Source of the DNA: Dromaius novaehollandiae
Taxonomy: Eukaryota
Length of the DNA: 64,000 nt
Direction of reading: 5' to 3'
Assembly (NCBI RefSeq): GCF_036370855.1
Contig: NC_088098.1
Span: forward strand, 199,991,336 to 200,055,335
Shown here: piece after piece, positions 24,352 to 37,059 of the stretch
How the letters are laid out: each line of letters opens with the position of its first letter
Position numbering within the stretch: position 1 is the first letter of the stretch
The notes under the pieces: model-generated
Told to the model about the DNA's origin: nothing
Database searches by the model: none
What the model saw: only the letters and a program-made list of their open reading frames with translations
Made by a program: the position numbers and the translations under genes

Positions 24352-25644
24352 GAGATAGAGCTTAAGGTCCATCTAGTCCTGTATCTTCTCTGGCTTAGGC
24401 AAAAGGATGCTTAGGCAAAAATATATAAGAAACATGCTAAATTATTTTTGTGAAATATTCTCAGAGCTTTCAGTAATCAGTGGTTTAGGGACTTCTTGAA
24501 CTGGAGTTTTCATCCAGACTATCATGTCTAAGAGCTACTTAAGCTCTGTTTTCTAATAGCCCTAACCTACTTTCTGAACTCAATTACAGTTCTAGCTTCA
24601 ACATCATCACATGCCAAGAAGGTCCATTACTTACTGAATGCATGAAGAAAACTGTTTCATTTTTGGTTTTTAATCTGCTGCCTGATCTCACTGCACATCC
24701 TATGATCCTTATGATGTGAGAAACAGTAAATAACCATCCCTATTCTCCTTTTCCTCTCTGTTTATCCTGGCAAAGAGACAACTGAGTAAGGACGCAATAA
24801 AAGCTTAAAAATCTATGAAGTGTCCTTTCCTCGCACAGCAGGTCTTCCGTATCTCCAGTCCTCTTTGTTTTCTAAGTCTACTCTCTGAGATGGAGTGACT
24901 GGAAAAGCTTACAGTATTCAAGACACCAGAGCAACACAGATTTATGCAGCTACCTAACTGTTTACCTTTTTTACTGCTGCTGAATATTAGGCCACTGTTC
25001 AAAAAAGAACTATCCACAGTAACTCCAATATCTTTCCTGGATGAAGCCCTATGTTTTATATGTATAATTAGTGTTGTTTGCCCCTTTGTGTTACTTTGCA
25101 TTGAACACTATCTGCCATCTTACCATCCCATTTTCAGGATATCCATTATGTTAGTATTTTAAGTGTTATGCTAGCATCAAGAAGCTTTAGCTGCAGATGA
25201 GGAGCCTGTATTTGGCAATAAAATACAGTACTAACCAAAAACTGCTGTCCTAAACAGTTCATATCTGATCTTTTGGAGTCAAAAGCATTTTTCTTTTCAC
25301 TAGAAGTGTTCCTTCTCTTCTGCTGTAAGCAGGCAATGGAGAGGCATGAAACTCAAAAAGGTAAATTTAAGGGGAAACACTGAAAAATGTCCAAACACTA
25401 ATATCTACTAAGCTTCAAAATAACCACTTAAGCATTCACTTAAAATCAAACTGGAATTAATATTCAGATATGCCTATGATGGTTGCTAAGGCAAACAGAT
25501 TTCAAATAGACTAAATTTTAGAAGAAATTCAAGATGTTGGCCTAGAAAAAAAATAAAAAAAGAGGAAAATTTGTGTGTTTTACAATCACGAGTATTCCTT
25601 GCAAAGAAGTGTTCATTAAAATACAGCCAAACTAATTTACTTAC

Positions 25645-25715
25645 TGTAATAAACTCCTTCAGTGATGCCAAATCATCCAAGATGTTCTTCGAAAATGAAG
25701 AAAATTCTGTGAAAT
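25645..25715 (-). CDS. PARP4: PARP4 coding exon (vWA domain)
   Basis: Acceptor ttattcacag then (N)FTEFSSFSKNILDDLASLKEFIT, followed by donor ACA|gtaagt. Human has GYKELFSYPKHITSNTMAAEFIMS. Phase 1 in, phase 0 out. Confidence 0.65.
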
Positions 25716-25910
25716 CTGTGAATAAAGATTGATATTAAGAGCATTAAAATATTAAGCACGTGGCAACATTATGGAAATAAAAGTTTAAGTTTTATGACTA
25801 GAATATCAGAGTAGAAGTATTCCATATTACTAAGTGTTCCAGACTACAGTTTAGCCATGACAAGAAAGTAAAAGGTGGCTCTCATTTAAAAAGGAAACAA
25901 AGAAACTCAC

Positions 25911-26106
25911 TTGTGCCAAATTTGACAACATTCACTCTTTGTCTTAAAGAAAACTGTTCCAAAGCATGTAAAGCAATCTGCTTTGCCTGCTGCAGGGCTG
26001 AACCTGCCATGGAGTTGGAGCAATCTAAGCAAATAATAATTTCATTGGACAGCTGCACTTCTTCAGATGCTGTTACAAACTCTGGTTGGAATACAAGCAT
26101 GCAAGC
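25911..26106 (-). CDS. PARP4: PARP4 coding exon (start of vWA domain, DxSxS MIDAS motif)
   Basis: Acceptor ctcctcag then ACMLVFQPEFVTASEEVQLSNEIIICLDCSNSMAGSALQQAKQIALHALEQFSLRQRVNVVKFGT, followed by donor CAA|gtgagt. Human has ACMLVFQPDLDVDLPDLASESEVIICLDCSSSMEGVTFLQAKQIALHAL. Confidence 0.85.
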
Positions 26107-28485
26107 CTGAGGAGAGAGAAGCAATATCATCATTGCAGTGGACCAATGTTACTTCATTCGAAGTATACTCAAATTTCCTTATTATGGAATGAGAGCAGAA
26201 TATAACCATATAGCAAAGTTTTAGCAAATTTATTTCATTTATTCTTAATACTTGAAAAGCACAACCTCCCTACCTTTTATGAAAGACTGCAGAGGGAATT
26301 TTGTGGGTTTTTTGTTCCTATCCAATTCATTCTTATGCAATCAGCACTGGATTCACTTCTCCAAGTTAAAAAGTCCCAGACACTATGTTTCACAATCATC
26401 ACTGCCACCATCAGCTTGTGAGAAGGTACTAAAATTAAAAAATATGTGAAGCAGAAAACTGCATATTGCCCTCTTTATGAACAGAGGGGATACAAAAAAA
26501 ACCAAATGCTTTGAAAAGTGGAACAATAAAATGCTTGAAGGAGTGAAAAGGTCTCCAATAGCAAGGAAAGCTTTGCAGTCTAGAAACACAAAAAGGAATT
26601 TCTTTCTTTCTCCTCACCTCAGGGGAACATCAATATTATTATAGTCATCAGAAAGTAATCCCTGAACTAATCCCTTTAAACAAGCAACTCTGATTAAAAC
26701 AGCAAAAACACAGAAGGCATAACTATACATAACTATCAAAGAAAACAATCTAATCTGTCATTTTACTTGTTTTCATCAATTTCAACACTGGATTAACAGG
26801 CTTGGTAACAAGACTTTACACGTCACCTCTGCAGCATTTTGTCTTATTTAAGAAAAGCTTTGATAAGAAGCAGCTGAAAACCGCTAAAAGTGACAGGGGC
26901 TCCACTCTTATCCTTGTGGTCACACAAAAATGCAGGGGAATGAGATAGTTTGTAATAACCTGGAATCATATATTTAAAGATATACTCTTAAGCTTTAAAC
27001 TTCTTCCTCAGGCAAGGAGTTACTGCCAGTAAAGACAAGAGAGGTTGAACCAATCCATCCTTTTCTCCCTAACCTTTCATTAATGTCTCCCAGGGCTGAT
27101 GATGGGCTCTTCATGACATGGTCACAGCTGCATCCACATCTGCTTCCAGGTAACCTGAAGCTGTGGAACTGTTATCTATTTCTCTTTTACTTATTCGTGA
27201 AAAAGATTAGATTTAAATGCCTTTGCAAATAATCACTGCAACAGTAAGAACTACACCAGAATGTGAAATCATATATGAAGGCCAAGCCCCTTAAAATACA
27301 GATTCTATAAACACTTGTGTGTGTTGCAAATGCAGCCCTACAAATTTAAATTTTGAATCTACTTTTTTTTTTCCTTTTTTGCTGATCTCTTAAACATTTT
27401 CTATATAATGGCCTGGAGAATAAAATAGCTTAAAATGCTGCTTATTTTTAAATCAATATAGTGACTGCATGACACTGAAGCTACTTCATTCCAGCCTCAG
27501 CCATGGAACATCTGTATCAAACACAGTAGTTGCATTTCTATGAAATACCAACTGCAGCACAACAGTTAGAGGGGAAAAAAAGTGTTTTAACAGAAATATG
27601 ACTAGACACAGAGTGTTCAAAATGCACCTCAACATTTACTCTATTACAAGACAAAGGATAAAACAAAAGGAACAAGATTATAAGTAACTGAAATTAAAAA
27701 CTCATTTTTGGGGAATACTCGGCTTGGGGGTGGGGGGAATTGAACATTGTCTGTGATGTGAAATTATTCATCTTTTACCCATCAAAAAGAAACTGTTTCT
27801 GTCTATTATATTTTAGCATTGTCAGTGCTACCTCAGGAACAGTATAATAGTATGTGCTTTTAATCTGGGAACTTGGGTCATGCCCGCAATTACTATACCT
27901 CACTCCTTTTGTTGGGATGCTTCTCTACCCACATTCGGGGTAGATAGACTTGTGAAATCCAGACTTCTAGAGCAAAGCCACTAACATCCAAGGAGCTGTT
28001 CTCCAGAGTCTTAACTACAGCCTTGCAATCTGTTTTCTAGAAAAGAAAAAAAAGTCATTTAAATATTTATTTAGCAATAATAGTATGATAAATGGTAATT
28101 ACTTGTACCAAACAGCATGTTTTAAAACAAACTTGTGATTTGTGAGGACAGGCAACAAAGACAGCACATTTAATGAGTAGTCCCAAAGGTTTTTGCTAAA
28201 AAGGTTATATAAAGTTTACAAGGTGCAGTTTCTATTTGTGTAATACATTCTTTAAAATACCATTCACTTTCTTGAATGTATTTTAAAATACAAGTTTTTA
28301 AGGTATTTTAAAGCTACAAGCACAAGAGAAGTTTTCATCTGCGACAGGAACAACCAGTCTGCAGAATTAACTCTCTGTACAAACCAGACAGATCTAGTAC
28401 ACACACTTCCTAGCATAAAATGTCCTTTTTAAGTACACAGCAGAATTGCTAAGGCAGAGGCACAGCTATAGTGAAATTAAATTAC

Positions 28486-28567
28486 CTTTATTTTAAGTTC
28501 ATGTGTCCAACTATGTATGCATTCAATACTATATGGCATCTCAATAGACATGTCCAAGGAAAACTCA
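28486..28567 (-). CDS. PARP4: PARP4 coding exon (VIT domain C-terminal part)
   Basis: Acceptor ttatctag then (x)EFSLDMSIEMPYSIECIHSWTHELKIK, followed by donor AAG|gtaatt. Human has SFSLTMSIEMPYVIEFIFSDTHELKQK. Phase 2 in, phase 0 out. Confidence 0.7.
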
Positions 28568-30324
28568 CTAGATAAAGAGAAAGGAAGTGATCAAATGGCA
28601 TTCTAGAGAGAAGATATTTAATCTGTATGCCATGACATCTCTGTGAGAATGAGCTATGTTTCCTGTCCTTTTTAACTCTTCGGATAGAAGTGTAGAATAG
28701 TGAACTACTTAGACAAGTTTCTGTCCCCAGGATACTTAAAAAATAACCTTGCTGATTCACCTTCAAAGGCTGGAAGGGATCAACAGGTCATTTGACATGA
28801 TCTCTGTAACACACTAGCATTTTAACCAATTTTCTCTTCATTTAGCCTAATGTTTTACTTGTCTAAAGCATAACTTCCTAATAGACAACCAATCTGGATT
28901 TCAGAGAAAGCAAGTTCATCATTTCCTTTAGCTAACTGTTCCAGTCCTCGCTGTTAAAGTGCACACCTTTTTCTCTCATTCAGATTTCAGTCATTAGTTC
29001 TTGTTTATTTTTTAGCCAGCTTAAAAAGCAGTATGGTATTTTATGTCCCTGAGATACCTGATCTTTCCCACACTATCTATTCTTAAGTGTTTCTCAGTTT
29101 TTCCAGTTGAATTTTTGCTTCATATCAATTTAAAATTATATTATAATTTTAAATACCTTTTCTACAGCTAGATGCCTATTATATGAACTGGTTAATTTAT
29201 TCTATTATGGCAGAAACAGCATCAAACCTTTTGTAGAGCAGTACAATATTTCTGTTAACAAGTAGTAAATATACTGAACAAAATCAAGATAATAGGAAAC
29301 ACCATCTCAAGATTAAGTAAAACTTCAGAAAATTTTAACAGATGTAGTTTTGTGCCTGCTTTACACATAGAAGAGAAAGACTAGGACATGCTCATGAGAA
29401 GCCCTTTTCTTTTTCTTTTTTTTTTTTAACTGAAAAGTTTAAAATTTTTTGAAGAGTAACTGTCTCTTTGGCATATTTACTGTTATTGCTACCTGCACAG
29501 CTTTTGGGTTTGGTTGAGAACAGCCATCTGTGAAGAGTTACAGGAAACAAGATTATAATAATCAGTTTTCAAGAAGTATTACTTTATCAGTAACATCATA
29601 GTTTCAAATGATTGTGAATTTTTATTTAAAATGCAAACGCAAAGAAAGGCTAAAGTACAAAGTGCAATGGTACTGAAAATATGAAGATCATGCAGGCTCA
29701 CTAGGTTATGTGATTTGGGAGTATATATAAAATCCTTAGTAAAAGAAACTAAATGAAATATTTAGTGAAGAAAAAAATGAATGATGCTTAATTAAAAATT
29801 ATTCCTCTATGATAATAGCTAAGGATAACAATAGATGAGAATGAGAAGTGAAATTACTTTAATCTCTTGATAATGCAACCTAACATCATAATTTACATAC
29901 AAAAAGTTAATTTTAAATGATGTTTTGATTTAATGATCTAAATTACTGACAATAAAGCAGACTAATATTAATGAAAGCAACTTACTTCTTTCGTGTATCT
30001 ACTTGTTTAACACAAATCTTTTTTACTGTATCCTACAAAATAAAAAAGAAGAACTTTTAAACTGTATCACTTACAAAGTACTTGTATGCTACTCTACTTT
30101 CTCTTATTATATTGCTAAGCCCGGATTGCATGGAACCCTCTCTACTTCATTTATTCATATAGATGTTGTTATATGAGCATAACAGTAGCTAAAATTCAGA
30201 TGAACCTGCATATGCTTCCCTCCCACAACTAAACTGCAGAACTCAGTATAATACAGCTTTGAAGCAGAAGGCATGACTGTTGAACAGTCAGAAATCTGAT
30301 ACAGCTGTATGATTTCACAGGAGC

Positions 30325-30442
30325 TAGCATCACAAAGAACCATCTCTGGCTCTTTGCCAGCATTTAAACACAGAGATGACCTCCCCTCCCTCTCGGAGAA
30401 CTCTGGAGCCATCACGGGCATCCAAGGAAACAGACGGGCAAC
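30325..30442 (-). CDS. PARP4: candidate PARP4 VIT-domain exon (3' boundary unresolved)
   Basis: Good acceptor gtccttctctgcttcgtggacaag|GTT. The open frame reads VARLFPWMPVMAPEFSEREGRSSLCLNAGKEPEMVLCDASS, which is loosely similar to human VGVFFMPATVAPWQQDKALNENLQDTVEKICIKE. I found no convincing GT donor with the right phase, so the low coordinate is a guess. Confidence 0.25.
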
Positions 30443-31584
30443 CTTGTCCACGAAGCAGAGAAGGACAATATCAGAGTGTTTAGCAGATATTCAACTGTTG
30501 TTTCATGATGGAGATAGTGTCTTTCTTGCAAACAAATGCATTCTGTGTGTCTGCAAACATCTTGTGAAGGAGGAACAGCAGCACAGAGACACCAGATAAT
30601 GCAAAACAAAATATGACATCTAACTATAACATGTTTCAACTCAAGTCAGCTTTATGAGTATTGCAGGTGTAAATAAATCCTCAGAGACAGGTAGAGGCTT
30701 TCTACCAATTGCAGCACTCCTGCCTGAGTTTGTGCTCACATTGCTTTTCGACACCCTTGTTATGACAAGAAAGGTTACAAGCAATCATCTTTTAATAAGA
30801 GATTAGAAGGAAAATAATCATGATTGTACAGAAGCCTCTTGAGTAACTACAATCTGCTAGGCACAGAACTTCTCCTTCAAAACAAAAAGACGCGGAAGAC
30901 GCTATTTTAGGGCTTTTAACAAACCTGTGTGTTCTCATTTAATGCTTTGTCCTGTTGCCATGGTGACACAGAAGCAGGCAAATGAAAGGAGATACAGCCA
31001 TTATGAAAACTCAGTTCAGTGATATAGGAGATTTTGATGAGAACTGTAGAGTTGGGAGGTAAGTTTCCAACACTTATTACAAAAATATCCTAAAAAAGGA
31101 AGGGGGGGAGGAGGGGAAAAGGAGAGGCTAGGTTTAATGACATTGTTAAAGCCTGCATTTTGCCCCCCCAAAATCAACTGTTGTTTACGTCACTGAGACC
31201 AAATGCTAGCACAGAAAATACTACTTGAAATGACAAACCTTTAAAGAGTTCTTTAATATTTCTGGGCAAAACTGATCAATAATAACTAAAATAAATAAAT
31301 AAAATTCTTTTACCAAAAAAGTTTGGATTTCTTTACAAAGAAAAGCTCCAGAAAGAGAAATATCTTATATAAGCTGTAGGACATACTGAAAGAAAAAAAT
31401 ACTAGTTTTTAAAAGTGATCACATGTACAGTCTAAATAAGCTCCAATAAAAAGCAACTTCCCAATAAAGACATGATTCTGTAAAGATTCCAATGGGAATA
31501 TTCACTCATGTCCAGATAATCTGTTTGTAATCTGACCATTATAAAATTTTCATATAGGTAAACAAACCACCATATTCAACACAC

Positions 31585-31671
31585 CGGTGCATCCTGGTCC
31601 ATTAGATAAGCTCCATCACCCTGACTGATAGCTTTGCTATATTCCCAATGTGCTTGTTTCTTTTCTTTAAC
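31585..31671 (-). CDS. PARP4: PARP4 coding exon (VIT domain)
   Basis: Acceptor ctttcgtag then VKEKKQAHWEYSKAISQGDGAYLMDQDAP, followed by donor CCG|gtgtgt. Human has IKEKEEAQQEYLEAVTQGHGAYLMSQDAP. Confidence 0.75.
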
Positions 31672-31856
31672 CTACGAAAGATTGTTCCAAAATAAGTTAT
31701 TTTATTTAGATATATAGTACACTTGGCCAATATTATTTCAAATGAATGACTACCTTGAAATCCAGCCAACTGGTAACAACAAAGAACTTCAGAAAAAACA
31801 AAACTAAGTGCTTTCAAATCTTGAGATTGGATGCATCAAGTGCAATAACATTTTAC

Positions 31857-31988
31857 CTCTCCAATGATGTGTTTTCCATTGATAAAAGCTTCAAATCCAC
31901 ACACAGCAGCTTTATCATCCAAAGGAAAGACATATTTAGCTTCAATCGGACCACTGTTTTGATTGGTGTAAGTCTGAAACATCACTAC
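31857..31988 (-). CDS. PARP4: PARP4 coding exon (VIT domain start)
   Basis: Acceptor atttcag then VVMFQTYTNQNSGPIEAKYVFPLDDKAAVCGFEAFINGKHIIGE, followed by donor GAG|gtaaaa. Human has VIVFQTYTNKSHVPIEAKYIFPLDDKAAVCGFEAFINGKHIVGE. Confidence 0.85.
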
Positions 31989-33675
31989 CTGAAATGAATA
32001 TTTCTTTCATAACTCTGTAACATTAAATTATGATCAAAACAGCAATACTTGAAGCATAACAGCATAACTGATTTGTACTGCAAAATGTCAATAAGTATGC
32101 CCTAACTGGAAGACTTCTGTGTAGATTAGAAATGAATGTAAGACATTCACCAGTGCCTGAGGAATAGGTACATCCAGAAACATGCAAGGAGCTGTGGAAC
32201 TTTTAATCTCTAAATCATTAATCAAATCTCTTCCAGAAGAAAAGTAAACCATGGCCTTCTAAAGGTTATTTGGTGTACTGGCAGAGCTAGAGCTGTCAAG
32301 CTACTCTTTACAGAAGAAAAGTCCACATTAAAAAGCCACCATTGCAATACGTCTAAAATAGTTTCAAAAGCCCATAAAGACTAAACAAGAAGGAAGAGTA
32401 AACCTCCACAAAAAATTGGTCTATTTTTAAGATATACTGGAAGGGATGTTTGGAAAAGCCAATACTGCTTCTACATGTATAGTATCTATCTTCTAATGAC
32501 AGAATTTCCTCTCTCTGAGGTGGCAGATTATCTGACTTTCTTCCTACATCTGTTCTTCTGTTCACTTCTTGTGTCCTAACAAGATCCCAGGAATTCCTCA
32601 TCTCCCTTTGCTGGCTCATTTGTTGTCCCTTGTCATCTGATGATTTCTGATTTATGCTCTGTTCCTCCACCTTAGAGACTATTTTCTGCTTTGGCAGACT
32701 GGGTCATAGAACAGATGCTACTGGATAGTAATTCATTTCTGTAGAAAAACAGACTAAAAAAAGACATTCTCTCATGAGAAGAACAGTTGCTCAAAGGAAT
32801 CAGACTAACCAGGCAACAGTTGCAAGTGTCAGAATAATATAAGCACAGGCTCATCTGAAAACAACTCTTTAAAATCTTTTTTTTCCTGTTTTTTCCCTGT
32901 TTTCCTTACTAAGGCTTTAGCAACAAATAACAACACAATTTGCTTTTAAGAAGCTACTTTGGCACTGGAAAATCCTGAAAACAGATTCTTGTGCAGTGAG
33001 ACACACATGCCAGAGTTCAGTAGAACCAGGCTTTAGCGTGACTGAGACCACTCTAAACAGAACTCAGTTGCAGGGGAGAATTGTGGAATTATACTGCAGG
33101 ATAGGAAAACATCCATGACTTCATGTGACAAAAAATTTTGGAGGCCATATGTATTAAAAAAATAAGGTGAGCCTTTAACTTTGCTTGGCTAACTTTTATT
33201 AGCAAATTTTCAGGTTAGAATAGAAAGTTCTTTTTACTCGAGACAGCTAATTTAGGTTGTCTAACCGAAGTTAAAAACAAACCAGAGAAATAAAATTCCA
33301 GAGACTTTTAATCATACCACACATTTCTTAGTGGTTTCTAATTCAGTTAGCCAATAGATTATCAAGAAAGTCTTCAACAGAGAAGAGAACGTGCAAGCTG
33401 CTGCAAAACGTTTCTTTTCAGTGGTGACCAGATGAAATAGAGGCCAAAAAACCTCTGAAAAATAAAGCCAAGCCCTTCACTGACCAAAGTGTTTTTGGCA
33501 TTTGTTTGATTATGCTTCTCTAAGAATAAAATATGCTTTCTCTCAGTTCAGAACTTACGTTCATTTGGAGACTGAATTGCCTTTTTTTTTTTTTAATAAC
33601 TAAAGCACTATATAACAATTGGAATAATATTTCAGGCCTCCATAATGGAAAAAGACAGTAAGTAGGGTACTCTAC

Positions 33676-33800
33676 CTGTGCTACAAAGTCTATTATCTTT
33701 CCCTTGATGTTAACACTTTTTAGAGGGACAGGATTTCCCAATCTGTCCTGAAGACCAGTTTTTACAGCATTCAGAAGATTCACACTTGGTAGGGCATAGC
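33676..33800 (-). CDS. PARP4: PARP4 coding exon
   Basis: Acceptor tttgtttag then (S)YALPSVNLLNAVKTGLQDRLGNPVPLKSVNIKGKIIDFVAQ, followed by donor CAG|gtagag. Human has SSTKAGLQDASGNLVPLEDVHIKGRIIDTVAQ. Phase 1 in. Confidence 0.75.
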
Positions 33801-34322
33801 CTAAACAAAGAGTTTAAGAAAGAGTAGAAAGTTAGCTTTTGAAATATATATCTGGGAAGGAGGTTTGAAAATAATCCTATCCATCAATGGGCCATGTTTA
33901 TCTATGCAATTTGGAACACACAAAAGTAATACTCAATTTCTGTTAGGAATACTTGTGTTTTATTGCTACCTAAGCATGATAGATCTTTAAGGTCTTATAA
34001 AGTCTTTGTTTAGAATCTTGCATTTGAATTATTTAAGACCATCTGATGATTTATGCAAAAGCATTTACTGCTAGGTCTCTTGAAACACACTCTGACAGAG
34101 GGAGTTGCAACTGCTGTCAGTAATTGTGCCCATAGGAAATCTGTTAAACAGATGCTACACAGATGCCACATGGTCATGTCTAATTTGGCAACATCTGCAA
34201 ATCAACTGCTAAGTATTTTTTATTAAAATGTTAGTTTCACACAGGTACTCTAGAAAGGGTTCTGATAAATATTTAGGGTATTCTTGAAGCAAACCAAGTT
34301 ACAAACAGAAAACATTTCTTAC

Positions 34323-34479
34323 TCTCATGCTGTAAAGGATGTTGTGACACTGGCTGATCTTGCTCCAGTCCCACCCTACTTCCAGGCTGAAATCGTTTTA
34401 TTTGGTCTTCAGCAACACAAAACTTAACAACAAATCTAATTTTAACCTGATTGGTTTTATACACAACAAATTCATCATC
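34323..34479 (-). CDS. PARP4: PARP4 coding exon (end of PARP catalytic domain)
   Basis: Acceptor ccaccag then DDEFVVYKTNQVKIRFVVKFCVAEDQIKRFQPGSRVGLEQDQPVSQHPLQHE, followed by donor GAGA|gtaaga. Human has DDEFVVYKTNQVKMKYIIKFSMPGDQIKDFHPSD. Confidence 0.8.
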
Positions 34480-35241
34480 CTGGTGGAAAAAGAAAGACAT
34501 TTTACAAGAAAAAAAAAGTCATAGGTATTATTTCAAAAAAACCTGCAAACTGATGAAGAGGTGAACCTAAATGGCACATCACCTTGGATAAATAATAAAA
34601 ATCTGCCAGTCTTTTGCACTCCCCTAAGCACTCTAACACCCACATTTGCATCTCTTCTATCTTCTTATTTTGTATTCTCCATAGTCTCTCTTCTCTCTAA
34701 AGTACAACATTTCCTCAAAAGAATTAACAAAAACCACCCAGAATCCAAACTTCGATGGATACCTAGACAGCAACTGTATTTGTGTACTGGTATAACTATC
34801 ATCCCTGCCTTAGAGCATAAACCATAAGGACAGGGACTATAGTAGTTGGGTTCACTTACAAAAAATGAACCTTCCATGGTGATTACTTCTTATTCCATAC
34901 AAGGTAGAATATAATTTCCAAATAACAATTCCAATGTCAAATCTCAGATACTTACACAATAATTCAGATATAATAAAAAAGAATATTAGCTTTTTTCATT
35001 TATTTATTTTTTCTTGCAAGAATTTTAAATCTCTTTATAAATAGTAATAAAAAGAGAAAGAGCCTTAGAAGTTTTATATGCACTTTACAGATAGTAAGAG
35101 AGAGAGTCATTTTACTGATTACTGTCTGGTGATTTAGTGTCTGAACTGAAACATAGGTTACATTCCTTTTATTATCTATCACTGGTACAATACATCCAAA
35201 CTTGGTGTCTTTTCAAGTGCCCAGTACTGTAGGATCAGTAC

Positions 35242-35425
35242 CTCAAAATCTGAAGAGACATCTGCTGCTTTACGGACTCCATGCACACTGTCATAACCTG
35301 ATGGTGCACTATTTAATGAAAAATTTCGTTGATACAAATCCAAGCAGGAGCCAAGTGCCACATCACAAACTGCCAGAAGTCGAGTTCCATCCATCACACT
35401 GGGTGAAGAATACTTAATACTAGCA
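35242..35425 (-). CDS. PARP4: PARP4 coding exon (PARP catalytic domain)
   Basis: Acceptor acatatag then (S)ASIKYSSPSVMDGTRLLAVCDVALGSCLDLYQRNFSLNSAPSGYDSVHGVRKAADVSSDFE, followed by donor GAG|gtactg. Human has TSIKYSHPGETDGTRLLLICDVALGKCMDLHEKDFSLTEAPPGYDSVHGVSQTASVTTDFE. Confidence 0.85.
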
Positions 35426-35642
35426 CTATATGTAAAGAAAGATCATAGACATTTTATTAAAATTGATATAAATATAAATGTCATAAAAGCTGAAGAATTC
35501 ACAAGTATTTCTGGAAAAATGGACAGGAATAAATTTTATGATTAAATTACTTTGTAAGTATTAAACATTGTATCTACTTAACTTGGAAAGCCAAAAGAAT
35601 ACAGAAAAGACAAAATAAAAAAGATACCATGGTCATTCAGAC

Positions 35643-35741
35643 CTAATAGAATCACTGAAGTAAATGCCACTGCCCAGATTCCCAGTGTCAGTTCTTTTGA
35701 GGCCATGATCTTCAACGACCACTTTTGGCATAAGCAGTCCT
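35643..35741 (-). CDS. PARP4: PARP4 coding exon (PARP catalytic domain)
   Basis: Acceptor ctctag then (R)GLLMPKVVVEDHGLKRTDTGNLGSGIYFSDSI(S), followed by donor AG|gtctga. Human has RGLLLPKVVEDRGVQRTDVGNLGSGIYFSDSLS. Phase 2 in and out. Confidence 0.75.
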
Positions 35742-36921
35742 CTAGAGTGGGGGGAAAACATACAAGTGAAGCTCAGGATATTTGATGTTTTTTGTATATA
35801 GTATTTGAGCTAATTCGCATTGTGCAATAACAAATCACAGAGGATTAAAACAAAATACATTTTACAGAAACCACTCATAGTGTCTCAAGGAAGCCTATTC
35901 ATCAAAAAAATAATCCCCAAGGCAATATTAGTCATCAACACTAATTATATAAGCAATAAAGACTGTTTGCTTTTTCTATGTTTAGCAGAATGCATCTAAG
36001 TAAAATAAGAAGTTTTAAAGGGAGAATGGGGAGGAATGACACTTGGAAACTTATTCATTGTTTGATATGCAAACATATTAGTGTAGAGATACCATCCTTA
36101 CACTTTTTATAAGACATTTGATTTATTACTGATGGGTGCCCACATAAACCTTTTACATAAAAGGAATGTAAAAAGACAAAACATTTAAGTAAGTTCAACA
36201 GTTTTGTAACCTACAGTTAAAGTCTGCAGTATAAGGAAAATAGAATGCTAATATGACTTTTGAAATAAGTTTAGTTTTGATGGCATTATACATCAGACAC
36301 GGTCTTTTCAAAATCCTTAAGTTTTCAGTATCTGGTATTGATCACACACACGCTATGATGGGGATTTAAATATAATTTAAGCTGTATTAGGTTATATTAT
36401 TTTCGCCATGAACATTATTGCCATGTTAGAGAGAACCCATGGAATCTGGTCATAGAACAAGACATTAGGTTACTCCAGAAAGTTAGTTAGCATATTTTTA
36501 AATGATCATGAAGTGGTCATGGAGAAATAATGTACAGAGGTAGAAGGAGGACATCATCAATGGAATTCTTTCCTGAAACACAGGATAAATTATCCACACA
36601 GCCATTATTCTCCCTACTCTCTCCATTTTGTCATCTTTCATGCGGATTTAAACTATGCTCCTCACCATCATATCCAAATACTTGCATCTCAAGTCTAACC
36701 CACTTGGAGAGTAATTAAATTCAACATTACAGAAGACTGATTTTCCTTTTAGAGGTCTGTAGAAGTATATGGACATATCTATATAAATGTTAACAGTAAA
36801 CAATTAGGTTAAACATAATGTAAAAGGGCTTTATAAAAAGCAACTTGTAAAGTCAAAATATACTTAAGAAAATAATTAATCCTGATTCAGCTTCATAAAA
36901 AAAGGGAATGTAAATTTGTAC

Positions 36922-37059
36922 CTGCAAAGAATTCCCACAAAGTTGTGTACAGGTGACGCATGGAACAGTGACTGAGTATTTCCAAGACTGCTCAGAAATT
37001 CTGCTGTTTCACCTATTCTGCCGACCCTATATACTTCTAAAATTCTCACTGGACAGTCA
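36922..37059 (-). CDS. PARP4: PARP4 coding exon (PARP catalytic domain)
   Basis: Acceptor ttgcag then (N)DCPVRILEVYRVGRIGETAEFLSSLGNTQSLFHASPVHNFVGILC(R), followed by donor AG|gtacaa. Human has SPVDVLQIFRVGRVNETTEFLSKLGNVRPLLHGSPVQNIVGILCRG. Confidence 0.8.

Noticed and set aside
30309-30639. Plus-strand 96-codon ORF and minus-strand 75-codon ORF overlapping the candidate VIT exon
   Set aside because: There is no homology and both are mutually overlapping, so they were treated as chance ORFs. The region itself is flagged as a finding.
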